Position numbers and translations under genes: made by a program. Under the pieces are notes generated by a model. The model worked only from the letters and a program-made list of their open reading frames with translations, had not been told where the DNA came from and did not search any database. A stretch of DNA of 64,000 bases, taken from NCBI GenBank assembly GCA_964577465.1, contig CAZNZF010000001.1, positions 68,785 through 132,784 of the forward strand, given 5' to 3'. This DNA comes from an uncultured bacterium (GTDB lineage Bacteria > RBG-13-66-14). Positions 20,511-30,695 of this stretch are shown here, one piece after another; the stretch's first letter is position 1, and every line of letters begins with the position of its first letter.

Positions 20511-22568
20511 TCAGACCTCGTCGTGGTCCTTGGAGGTGATCAACCGGACGAAGAGGGTCACCACCTTGGGATCGTAGCGCGTCCCGGCCTCGGCCTCGAT
20601 CTCGGCCAGAGCGAACCGCGCCGTTTTGGGCTGCTGATAGCGCCGCCCTGAAATCATCGTGTCGTAAGAATCGGCGACCGCCACCAGACGCGCGCCGGTG
20701 TAAACCTCCTCGCCCGCGAGCCCCAGGGGGTAACCCTTCCCGTCCCAGCGCTCGTGATGCTGGCTGACGGTCTTGATGCACTCCTCGTCGAAACCGAGGA
20801 GCTTGAGGATGTCCGCGCCGACCTCGGGGTGCGCCTCCACCTGCCTCTGCTCCTCCTCGGAAAGCTGCACCGTGTCCTGGATGGTGGCGTCGGCCAGGGT
20901 GGCTATCATGCCGACATCGTGCAGAATGGCGCCGTAGACTATCTGGTGGATCTCCTGCCGCGGCAGGTCCATCATCTGCGCGAGCTGGGCCACGTACCGG
21001 CTGACGCGTTCGGAGTGACCGCGGGTGTAGGGATCGCGGGAGTCTATGGCGGCGATGAGGCGGCCGACCGTGTCACGGTCGTGCTTGTGCAGGCGCTGGA
21101 ACAGGCGGGCGTTCTCCAGGTGGACGGACACCTGCTTGGACAGGTTCCAGATGAGGCGCAACTCCTCGGCATCGTAATCCATCTGTCCGACCTTGGGCCC
21201 CAGAGCCAGGACGCCGAGGAACTCGCGCGTGGAAACGAGCCCGCAGACCATCGTCAGGCCCAGCTCGGTGAGCTTCTGCGTCAGGCTCCCCGCGACGTCC
21301 TCGGACAGGGCGTCCAGCGGCAACGGCTTCTTCGCCGACATGAGCTCGTTGCGGACATCCTCGGAGAGAACCTGGGAGTATGTCAGATCGAGCTCGTCGG
21401 TGATGCCCTTGGCCAGCCTGAGGTTCAGGTGGTCGCCCTCCATCAGGAAGACCGCCGTGCGGCTGACCCCGAGCTGCCCGATGACGATGACCAGGAAGGT
21501 GTTCAAAAGCTCGTGAACGGCGTATTGGCCGCTGAAATCATGGGCGGCCTGGAACAGGGTCTTGAGCTCGAGGGTCTTACGGTTGAGCTTCTTGCCCGCC
21601 AGGGTCAGCTCCTCGTCCACCTGCGTCAGCCGCTCCGAGGCGGCCGCCAGCTCACCGACCAGGGGCTCGACAGAGATGTGGTAGAGGATGAACCAGTTGA
21701 GTTGACGGCCCAGAAGGGCGAGGGCTTCGATCTCACCCTCGATGATGGGGCTGGGACCGAAGCAGATGAACGCGTGGAGGCCCTCGCCCGAGCGGATGCG
21801 GTAAATCCCCTGGGTGCCCGCCATCTGCAGCGTCTCGAGCTCCTCCGACGGGGGGAACGAACGGCGCCAGCGGGAGAAGAGGAGGAAGTCGCTCTTCGCG
21901 CCGCGCAGGCGGTCCACGAAATCCCCGTCCACGGGCAGGCGGAAGCCCGGGCCGATGCCGGTCCCCTGGCCCGCGACGACCAGAGGCGCGAAAAAGCCGT
22001 CGCCCGTCTGGTTGAATAGCGCCATCCACGGGATGCCGAAGGAGTCGACGGCGGCGCTGAGCGCCAGCGCGATGGGCTGATCGGTGCTCCTGAGACGGAC
22101 CAGGATGTCCGAGAACTCGAGCACGTCCTTGGGGGTGGCCAGGGAGCGGAGGGGGACCTCGATGGAGGACTCGGGCGCCCGGACCGTAGATTGCACCTCG
22201 GACGTCGTGGGGGTCAGGCGGGTAAAATGGTTCAGGGCCTCTTCTACAGAGTCGTAAATCTTGAAGTAATCCAAGAGGTCCAGGGACTCCAGCACGCGAC
22301 GGATGCGTGGGGGGATATCCGCGAAAACGATGTCGCCGTCCGCGGCCCGGACCTCCTTGGCCACGGAGATGAATGCGCCCACACCCGCGCTCGAGATGAA
22401 CTCGAGCTTCTCGAGGATGAAGACGGTGTTGTACACGCCCTCGCCCAGGCAGACCTCGAAGAGCTTCTGGATGTCCGTCGATCCCTCGATGCCGAGCATG
22501 CCTGCAATTTCGTAGATGCGGACTCCGTCGGGAGTTGCGCGGTTGAGGGTTATAGTTAGCTCGTGCAT
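20511..22568 (-). CDS. STAS - GAF - HD-GYP multidomain protein (predicted c-di-GMP phosphodiesterase with anti-sigma-antagonist-like input domain)
   Basis: N-terminal SpoIIAA-like STAS with the conserved Ser (EFISSAGVGAFI). The central region is GAF-like. C-terminal HD (AILHDVGM) and HHERWDGKGYP (HD-GYP signature). Confidence 0.75.
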   Translation of the reverse strand: MHELTITLNRATPDGVRIYEIAGMLGIEGSTDIQKLFEVCLGEGVYNTVFILEKLEFISSAGVGAFISVAKEVRAADGDIVFADIPPRIRRVLESLDLLDYFKIYDSVEEALNHFTRLTPTTSEVQSTVRAPESSIEVPLRSLATPKDVLEFSDILVRLRSTDQPIALALSAAVDSFGIPWMALFNQTGDGFFAPLVVAGQGTGIGPGFRLPVDGDFVDRLRGAKSDFLLFSRWRRSFPPSEELETLQMAGTQGIYRIRSGEGLHAFICFGPSPIIEGEIEALALLGRQLNWFILYHISVEPLVGELAAASERLTQVDEELTLAGKKLNRKTLELKTLFQAAHDFSGQYAVHELLNTFLVIVIGQLGVSRTAVFLMEGDHLNLRLAKGITDELDLTYSQVLSEDVRNELMSAKKPLPLDALSEDVAGSLTQKLTELGLTMVCGLVSTREFLGVLALGPKVGQMDYDAEELRLIWNLSKQVSVHLENARLFQRLHKHDRDTVGRLIAAIDSRDPYTRGHSERVSRYVAQLAQMMDLPRQEIHQIVYGAILHDVGMIATLADATIQDTVQLSEEEQRQVEAHPEVGADILKLLGFDEECIKTVSQHHERWDGKGYPLGLAGEEVYTGARLVAVADSYDTMISGRRYQQPKTARFALAEIEAEAGTRYDPKVVTLFVRLITSKDHDEV

Positions 22569-22751
22569 GGTCGTGGGTGCCCCATGTTAACGGTAAATCA
22601 AACCTGCACCCTGTAAACGGGCGTACAGGGGGTTAATGTTCCTCAAGGACTATCACGAATCGTGCCAGTTCCCGCGGTGTCGCGTCAAAACGCTGCATCC
22701 GCCACCCGCCGTCGGGATCGAAACCGCAGGGCTGCCGCGGGCCGTGGCTTT

Positions 22752-23192
22752 TCAGGCCTGCTTCGGCGTAGGTCGCGCCTTGAACGCCTTCTTCATCTCC
22801 AGAACGTTCAGGCCGTCCCGGTTGTAGAAGTTGACCTCGTCCATCAGGTTGTGGATCATCCAGAGGCCCAATCCCCCGTCGGTCCCCCGGTCGATGAGCT
22901 CCCACACGTCGGGCGATTCAGCGGGAGGCCGGAAGGGGTGGCCCGAGTCGTAGATGAAGATGACGGCCTCGGATTCGAGGATTTCCAGCTCCACCTCGAT
23001 GTCGCGCTTCGGGGAATCCGCGTAGGCGTGCTCGATGACGTTGGCGCAGCCCTCGTAAACCGCCAGGGTGATGTCGTCGCGCACGGTTCCCGGCAGGCCG
23101 TGCAGGGCGGCTACGCGGCTGACGAACCGCTTGATGCCCGCCAGGGCCTCGAGGTCGGATTTCAACCGGATGCTGTACCTGTTGTGCTTCAT
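22752..23192 (-). CDS. RsbW/SpoIIAB-like anti-sigma regulatory factor (Ser kinase, HATPase_c_2)
   Basis: N-box EHAYAD and G-box DSGHPF...DGGLGLWMIHNLMDEV are typical of RsbW-type kinases. Start chosen at the ATG MKHNRY. Confidence 0.65.
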   Translation of the reverse strand: MKHNRYSIRLKSDLEALAGIKRFVSRVAALHGLPGTVRDDITLAVYEGCANVIEHAYADSPKRDIEVELEILESEAVIFIYDSGHPFRPPAESPDVWELIDRGTDGGLGLWMIHNLMDEVNFYNRDGLNVLEMKKAFKARPTPKQA

Positions 23193-23417
23193 CCCCGCCG
23201 GGTTCACGGGCCCCCGAAACCGTGTTCGGAGGTGAAAACAGGCCCTATCAATAAGCAATGATAGGGTTTGGCGTAAAAAAAGTCAACGCAACCGTTTCGA
23301 AAGACGGTACTCTGCAACGCCTTGAAATACAGAGACTTGACCTTTGACAACACAGGCGCGGAAGGGGCTTTATCCCCCTAAACGGGCTGATGGAGCGGCT
23401 TTTTCCAAATTTTTTTC

Positions 23418-23447
23418 TTGACAAGCCTTGGAAAGCCTGTTTATAGT
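23418..23447 (+). promoter_or_regulatory. near-consensus sigma70 promoter (TTGACA-N17/18-TATAGT) for hup, with AT-rich UP-like tract upstream
   Basis: TTTTCCAAATTTTTTTCTTGACAAGCCTTGGAAAGCCTGTTTATAGTAGC read directly. It lies about 150 nt upstream of the HU start codon. Confidence 0.55.
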
Positions 23448-23594
23448 AGCTCCGTCAGTTGCGGACAAGCGTAAACGCGCTTTAAACAAGGTTTCACATG
23501 CGGTAAGCCCCGGTTCCGATTCGACGCGACCGGGGAGCCGAAGTTCCCACAAAACGAGACAGGCGCGAAAGCGCCGCCACCCCAAGGGGGAAAG

Positions 23595-23867
23595 ATGACC
23601 AAGCAAGACCTCATCGATCGCATCGCCAGCCAGACCGGACTCACCAAGCGCCAGGCTGGCCAGGCCCTCAATGCCGTCGTCGACGGCATCAAGGGCGCCA
23701 TGAAGAAGGGCGAGCGTGTGACCCTCGTCGGCTTCGGCACCTTCTTCGTCGCCCAGCGGAAGTCCCGCACCGGCCGCAACCCGCGGACCCAGCAGAAGAT
23801 CAACATCCCGGCCCGCAAGGTTCCGAACTTCCGCGCCGGCAAAGAGCTCAAGCACCTGGTTCGCTAA
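23595..23867 (+). CDS. hup: DNA-binding protein HU
   Basis: A 90-aa protein with the HU/IHF signature (GFGTF...RNPRTG...IPARKVP). Confidence 0.9.
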   Translation: MTKQDLIDRIASQTGLTKRQAGQALNAVVDGIKGAMKKGERVTLVGFGTFFVAQRKSRTGRNPRTQQKINIPARKVPNFRAGKELKHLVR

Positions 23868-23881
23868 CGGGAAAACCCGTT

Positions 23882-23914
23882 CAAAAAAAGGGCCCCCAAA
23901 GGGGCCCTTTTTTA
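23882..23914. terminator. bidirectional rho-independent terminator (A-tract, GGGCCCC/GGGGCCC hairpin, T-tract)
   Basis: AAAAAAAGGGCCCCCAAAGGGGCCCTTTTTT. Two weaker copies of AAGGGGCC(C)TTTTT follow at about 23965 and 24100. Confidence 0.65.
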
Positions 23915-24159
23915 TGGAAAGATGTCCGGTTTCACCGCTACCCTTCCGCTGCCTCGGTTCCCCTAAAGGGGCCCTTTTTAGTCCGGGATTAACGGTATCC
24001 TGCAGCATCGTGAGGAGAGCCCTTCGGATGTGGCCCTCCGAAAAACGCGAGGATGCCAGGCTTCACCTCCACCCTCCGCGGCATCGCAAAAAAAAGCCGC
24101 TTCGAAGGGGCCTTTTTTATCGGGTGAATAATCCAGTGCCGCTCCACGACCGCGGTGAC

Positions 24160-25287
24160 TCACGTCACGGTCGCGCTCACCCGGACCCGCGCCCCGGACC
24201 GCGGCGTGGACTGAGTGCCTTCCGGATATTCCCGACCGCTTTTCCGCCAGAGCATGTCCACGAAGGCCTCGAGTCTCGTCTGCAGCCCCGCCAGCCCCGT
24301 GGACTCGTCGATGTCCAGGGACAGCACCGCCATGCCGGTCACCGCCCCGATGCGCGGCAGTATGCTCTTGGCCACAATCTCCGGGATGCAGGTGAACGGC
24401 GAGAGCTGGATGACGCCTTCGTAGCCTTCCCGGGCATAGATGACGCTCTCGCCGACGCTCTCCCGCCCGTCCCCACCGACCCAGTACTGGAGAAACCGCC
24501 TCGACGCCCGGGCGATGCGGTGCTTGGTCCAACGCCGGTAGATTCCGCCCAGCAGCCACTTGGTGACGTACAGACTCCGGTGGACCTCGACGCCCATGCA
24601 GCCCAGGGTCCGCTCGATGTCGCAGTTGGCGAAGGCGTCCAGGACGACGAAAATCTCCCCCACTATTCCGACGCGGAGCGGCTCGAAATCCTTCTTTATG
24701 GGCACGCGACCGGCGAAAAAGCGCCTGATTCCCGCCACCAGGTCGTCGTAGTCGTGGATGGTGGGTATCCTCGCCACGCGCGCGAGCGCCGCGGCCATGG
24801 CCCTGTCCGTCGAGCCGGGGTGGAGTTCGCGCGGACGGTAGAAGTGGGACTCCCGCTCGATTTCCTCCACCGCCCGGAGCAGGCGCCAGGCGTACACGGT
24901 CTGGGTGATTCGCTCCGACCAGGTCATGCCCGGGCTCATCCGCTTGATGTTCTCGACCACGGGCGGCTCGAGGAGGTAGAGCTCCAGCTCGTGGCCGTGC
25001 TCGGCCAGTATCTGGCGGTGCAGCACGCCGTAGAGCCCGGCGCGGCAAGGCCCCCTGCCCCCCGAGGTGAAGATGGCCTGAATCTCGGGATGCTGCGCCA
25101 GCGCCTGGAAGTACTGCCCCGTGATTATTTTGAACGGGAAGCAGACGAACTCCGGGCTGTAGCGCGTGCCCAGGGAGAGGGTTTGCTTGGTCGAGGGGGG
25201 CGGGATGAAGACCCGGTGGCCGAAGCCCTCCAGGAAGCGCCGATAGCCGATGTGACAGAGCCCCATGCGGGGGGTGGTGAGGTTCAC
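24160..25287 (-). CDS. DUF2229-like protein (partner domain of BadF/BcrA-type CoA-enzyme activases)
   Basis: The pattern GYRRFLEGFGHRVFIPPPSTKQTLSLGTRYSPEFVCFPFKI...QLSPFTCIPE resembles the DUF2229 family. No activase ATPase gene lies adjacent. Confidence 0.5.
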   Translation of the reverse strand: MNLTTPRMGLCHIGYRRFLEGFGHRVFIPPPSTKQTLSLGTRYSPEFVCFPFKIITGQYFQALAQHPEIQAIFTSGGRGPCRAGLYGVLHRQILAEHGHELELYLLEPPVVENIKRMSPGMTWSERITQTVYAWRLLRAVEEIERESHFYRPRELHPGSTDRAMAAALARVARIPTIHDYDDLVAGIRRFFAGRVPIKKDFEPLRVGIVGEIFVVLDAFANCDIERTLGCMGVEVHRSLYVTKWLLGGIYRRWTKHRIARASRRFLQYWVGGDGRESVGESVIYAREGYEGVIQLSPFTCIPEIVAKSILPRIGAVTGMAVLSLDIDESTGLAGLQTRLEAFVDMLWRKSGREYPEGTQSTPRSGARVRVSATVT

Positions 25288-25392
25288 GTCAAGACCTGCT
25301 CACGAACTGCGCCGTCGGCTGGTATAATAGCCCCTCAAACGCCCCGGTGTCTACCTGCCCCGGGATTGCCCCCCCCCGGGGACGCAGAGGGG

Positions 25393-25878
25393 ATGAACGA
25401 TTTGCAGCGGTCGACCGCGGTCCTCGCCCTGCTCATCCTTGCCGTATCCACCTACGGAGGCGGCACCGCCGTGTTCCCCCTCGACCCCGGCGAGTGGCTC
25501 TCCGGCGGCCTGGCGGTGTGGCTCGGCCGGGCGCTGGACGCCGCGGGGTACGGGGCGGAGTTGGCGGAGTCGGGCATCCGGCCGGGCGACCTGGCGGGGA
25601 TGACCCGGACGGCCGCCGCGGGCGGATTCGATAGGCTCCTCGTCGTCAATTGCGGCTACATAGCGGACCGCGTCACCCTCGATCTCCTCCTCATCGACAC
25701 CGCCGGGGGGACGCTCCTCGGCTCCTGGCGGGGGCTGGTCAGTTACGACGCCCTCCAGCGGGAGCTGCCCTCCGGCCTCAATGCGATTTTCGGGGACCTG
25801 CCTCTTCCTGAGGCTGTGGACCCCGCCACATTTTTAGAAGACCGCCGGGCGGATTTTACCGCCCGCTTCGGAGGGTGA
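25393..25878 (+). CDS. hypothetical exported protein
   Basis: ATG at 25393 with the signal-like TM segment AVLALLILAVSTYG. The stop overlaps the rnhA start (GTGATGG). It is the 3-prime third of a spurious 654-aa track ORF. Confidence 0.45.
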   Translation: MNDLQRSTAVLALLILAVSTYGGGTAVFPLDPGEWLSGGLAVWLGRALDAAGYGAELAESGIRPGDLAGMTRTAAAGGFDRLLVVNCGYIADRVTLDLLLIDTAGGTLLGSWRGLVSYDALQRELPSGLNAIFGDLPLPEAVDPATFLEDRRADFTARFGG

Positions 25879-26296
25879 TGGAGACAGGTCCGGCCAGGCT
25901 CTTCACCGACGGCGGGGCGCGGGGAAATCCCGGTCCCGCGGCCTACGGGCTCGTGCTCTACGACGCGGACGGAAACGAGCTTCTCCGGCGGGCGGAAAAA
26001 ATAGGTCGCGCCACGAACAACGTCGCCGAGTACGCGGCGGTCATCGCCGGCCTGAAGCTCGCCCGGCAGCTAGGCCTCGCCGGGCTGGACGTCTACCTGG
26101 ACGCCCAGCTCGTCGTCCGCCAGCTCACCGGCGAGTACCGGACGAAAGACCCCCGCCTGGCCGGGCTGAAGGCCGATGCGCTCGCCCTCGCGCGGGGGCT
26201 GGCGTACGTCCGTTTCCACTTCATCCCCCGGGAGAAGAACCGCCTCGCCGATTCCCTCGTCAACGCCGCCCTCGACGGCCGGGACCTCGACACCCT

Positions 26297-26300
<4 letters not shown>
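25875..26300 (+). CDS. rnhA: ribonuclease HI (RNase H type 1)
   Basis: DGGARGNPGPAAYG...NNVAEYAAVIAGL...D motifs follow the RNase H fold and the catalytic DEDD arrangement. Confidence 0.75.
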
Positions 26301-27274
<974 letters not shown>

Positions 27275-27537
27275 TATTTAATGAAAAGCAGGCTAAACTT
27301 CAGTTGGGTTATTCAAATGTCCGTGCTAGGGAAACCTAGGCGGAAGATCCTACGGCCACCTCGCGGTGGCCGTGGTTGCATTGGATGAAACATGAAAACT
27401 TGTCACGATATAAAAAATTACAGTATCGCTATATTAAACAAGATTTAATAACGAACAGCATTAAGTATAAAGGCGGTATAAATGTAGTTAATAAAAGAGA
27501 TGTCGACCTATTTTACCCTCACGCATAAAAAACCTGA

Positions 27538-29391
27538 TTAGAACCCGAAGAACTCCCGCATCTGACCGAGGATGGCCCGGCGGATGCGGTCCGTTTTATC
27601 ATTATCCGCCATCGTCCTCTGCTCCTCCTCGGTGAGGTACTTCGAGAGTTGGGCCAGGTTCTGGGTCACCCTTTCACTGGCGGCCGAGGCCAGTTGCGCG
27701 CTGATTTCGGGGTGCCCCTGCAGAATCTCCCGGAAATCATCCTTCCCCAGGGCGTAAACCTCGCTCTCCTCGGTGGCGACGACGGTAGCGGTCCTCGCCT
27801 CGCCCGTCAACAGGCTCATCTCTCCGAAGAAATTGCCCGGCCCCAGCTCGGCCACCTTGACCCCGAAGCGGTGCTTCGCTTTCGGCTTCCTCACGAAGAC
27901 CTCGAACCGGCCGCTACCTATCATGTAGAAGGTGTCGCCCTGTTTCCCCTGCTCGATGACGACCTCCCTCCGGGCGAACAACAGGGTCTTGAAGGCGCGG
28001 GCCAGATTATCGAAAACCGCAGGCGAAAGGGGCTCGAAGAGTTCCACTTTGCGGAGCATCTCGACCCGGCGGTTGAGCGCCCGCCGGGCGCCATCCTCCA
28101 GAGCCCGGTCGTCCACCTGACGCAGGTAAACGTCGCGGATGGGGAAGGGAATAGTTATACCCGCGCGCTTGAAGGCGTACCAGAGCCGATTCATCACCTC
28201 GGCCCTCACGTTGCGCAGCCTCGAGTAATCGAAGATGAAGAACCGGACCCGGTACTCGATGGAAAAGTCCTTGTAATCCATGAGGTAGAGGCACTGCTGG
28301 GCCGGCTCGATTCCCTCCACGTCGTCGAGCACCTCATGGACGACGCGGCGGACCTTCTCGGGCGGGTCCTGGTAGCTGGTGCCGATTAAAAGGTCGGCCA
28401 CGTGCTTCGTCGTGGGGTGGGAGTAGTTGCACAGGTCCGTGGAGGCGACGACGCTGTTCGGCAGGACTACGTCGTCCCCGTCGAAGGTGCGGATGCGCAC
28501 CTCGCGCCAGTTCATCTGAACCACCTGGCCCTCGAACTCCTTGAATGCCACCCAATCGCCGATTTCGAAGGGCTTGCTGGCCTGGATGCTCATCCCGGCG
28601 AAGACGTTCCCCAGGGTGTCCTGGAGCGCCAGGCCCAAAACCAGGGAGAGTACCGCCGACGAGGCCAGGAGCGCCGAGAGGTCCAGGCTCGTCGCAGTCC
28701 CGACGACGGCCACGACCGCGACTATGTACGCGATTCCGCGGACGACCTGCTGGAACAGGGCGGGCATCGGCTTGCCCTGCTTTTTCTTCCGGCTGCGCTC
28801 CAGGATGAAGTAGCTGAAGATGTTGATAACCAGGAAGGCCGCCGAGAGGCTGGCGACGGACGTGATGACGACGTAGAACCAGCCTTCGGTCGCGTCAACC
28901 CAGACCAGGGCACCCAGTACGCCTATGGACAGCATGAGGATGCGGAGGAAGAAGTTGTACCGACGGGCCAGGCGCCAATCGGGCTTCCCCCTCTTGCGCA
29001 TTATGCCCTTCACGCCGAGCATCACCAGGCCGTAGAGGATGAAGAGGCCGACGAGCAGTACGGCGCCGACCAGGAAGGCCTCCCAGTAACCCGGCAGGGC
29101 GGAGAGCCAGGCGAAGAGCTGGCTGATGGGCCCCAGCGCCTTGCCCACCTCCTCGGTGGTCTTCTCGATTTTCTCCCCGGTGTCGGGCTCGACCTCGGCG
29201 GGGTGGGTCTCGGCGTAGGCCTTGGCCTTCTCCTCCAAGAGGGCGGGCAGCTCGGTCCCCCGGGGGTGGGGCAGCTTGAACCCGACCTCCCGGAGCACGT
29301 CCTCCGCCTGCGGCGGCGGCGCCTCCGCCGGACCCTGCGCCGCGGCGGGGAGGAGCAGCGCGAGCACGACGATGAAGAGCATCCGTTTCAA
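27538..29391 (-). CDS. MscS-family mechanosensitive channel fused to C-terminal cyclic-nucleotide-binding domain
   Basis: Signal peptide plus TM helices. The MscS core is present (LLASSAVLSLVLGLALQDTLGNVFAGMSIQASKPFEIGDWV). The C-terminal cNMP motif is FGEMSLLTGEARTATVVA. Confidence 0.75.
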   Translation of the reverse strand: MKRMLFIVVLALLLPAAAQGPAEAPPPQAEDVLREVGFKLPHPRGTELPALLEEKAKAYAETHPAEVEPDTGEKIEKTTEEVGKALGPISQLFAWLSALPGYWEAFLVGAVLLVGLFILYGLVMLGVKGIMRKRGKPDWRLARRYNFFLRILMLSIGVLGALVWVDATEGWFYVVITSVASLSAAFLVINIFSYFILERSRKKKQGKPMPALFQQVVRGIAYIVAVVAVVGTATSLDLSALLASSAVLSLVLGLALQDTLGNVFAGMSIQASKPFEIGDWVAFKEFEGQVVQMNWREVRIRTFDGDDVVLPNSVVASTDLCNYSHPTTKHVADLLIGTSYQDPPEKVRRVVHEVLDDVEGIEPAQQCLYLMDYKDFSIEYRVRFFIFDYSRLRNVRAEVMNRLWYAFKRAGITIPFPIRDVYLRQVDDRALEDGARRALNRRVEMLRKVELFEPLSPAVFDNLARAFKTLLFARREVVIEQGKQGDTFYMIGSGRFEVFVRKPKAKHRFGVKVAELGPGNFFGEMSLLTGEARTATVVATEESEVYALGKDDFREILQGHPEISAQLASAASERVTQNLAQLSKYLTEEEQRTMADNDKTDRIRRAILGQMREFFGF

Positions 29392-29478
29392 ATCGACATC
29401 CCGTTAATTCCCGGCGATTCTAACACACGTGCGCCCTCCGGCGCCTCAGGCTGCGCAGGTCGACCCGACGGCCTAAAC

Positions 29479-30676
29479 TCACTCCTGGCAGTACTTCGCG
29501 AGCCAGGCGGTGAGACGGTCCACGAAGCTCTGCAGGTTCACCAGGCTGTTGGCGAAGCTGAAGCGGATGTATCCCTCGCCGGCGACACCGAAAGCGGTGC
29601 CGTGGAGAGCGGCTATGTGGGCCTCTTCCAACAGGTGGTCGTTTATCTCCTTGGAGGGCATACCCAGGCTCGAAAGGTCGGTGAAGGCGTAGAAGGCGCC
29701 CTTGGGCTCGCTCACCTTCAGGCAGCCGATCTTGCGCAGGGCGGGGATGAGGTACGCGCGGCGCGCGGCGAATTCCTGGCGCATCCGCTCCACGGCGTCC
29801 CAGCTCTCGGGGTTGGTTATCGCCTCCAGCGCCCCGTACTGGTTGAAGGTGCAGGTGCAGGAGTTGGAGTTGGTGGTCAGGGTCGCCAGCTTCTTGGCCA
29901 GCATTTCGGGGACGACGCCGTATCCCAGGCGCCAGCCGGTCATGGCGAAGGTCTTGCTCCAACCGTCCACCATTATCAACCGGGGTTTGAGGGCGGGGGA
30001 GGCGAGCGCCGAGACGTGGGGCTCGTCGTACACGATGGAGGAGTAGACCTCGTCGGAGAGGACCCAGAACCCGTGCTTCTCGGACAGCTCGGCGATTCGG
30101 GCGTAATCCTCGCCGGTGAACATCCCGCCGGTGGGGTTGTGGGGGCTGTTGGTAACGAGCATCCGGACCTTGTCGGAGGCCGCTTTGTCGGTGAGCCAGT
30201 CCAGGTCCGGCCGGAACCCCTTCTCCGGGAGGAGTGGGTAGGTCTCGATTCGCGCGCCGACGAGCATCGCGGCGGCCTCGTAGGCCGGGAAGTTGACGTC
30301 GGGGATGAGCACCAGCTCCCCGGGGTTGACCAGCGCCTGGAAGCTGAAGAAGATGAGCGGCTTGGCCCCGGGGGCGATGACGACCTCGGCGGCGCGCACG
30401 GGGGTGGAGTACATCCGGGTGACGTGCCCGGCCACCGCCTCGCGCAGGGCCGGCAGGCCGGCGCTGGGGGCGTAGTGGGTCTGTCCGGCGTCCAGGGCGC
30501 CCTTGGCGGCGGCGATGATGTTCGGCGGCGTGGGGAAGTCGGGCTCCCCCACCTCGAGGTGGACCACGTCGATTCCCCGGGACTCCAGAGCCATGGCCTT
30601 CTGCTTGATTTCGAAGCCGGTCTCGCGGCCGAAACCGGTCAGGCGCTCGGCGAAACGAATGTCATCCGCGGCCACG
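29479..30676 (-). CDS. class I/II pyridoxal-phosphate aminotransferase (aspartate/aromatic aminotransferase-like)
   Basis: GEPDFPTP, NSPHNPTG, and the Lys motif SKTFAMTGWRLGY. Start set at a GTG preceded by AAAGGAGAG; the track's 481-aa ORF is over-extended upstream. Confidence 0.75.
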
Positions 30677-30695
30677 TTCTCTCCTTTTTCATTTT

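Noticed and set aside
23914-25878. 654-aa plus-strand track ORF spanning the hup terminators and the antisense of the DUF2229 gene.
   Set aside because: It begins inside terminator hairpins and is antisense to a motif-supported gene. Only its last ~160 codons (25393-25878) look like a real exported-protein gene.
27281-27388. 35-codon ORF (MKSRLNFSWVIQMSVLGKPRRKILRPPRGGRGCIG) in the AT-rich island.
   Set aside because: There is no RBS, its composition is atypical, and it lies between convergent gene ends. It is retained only as one possible explanation within the AT-rich-island finding.
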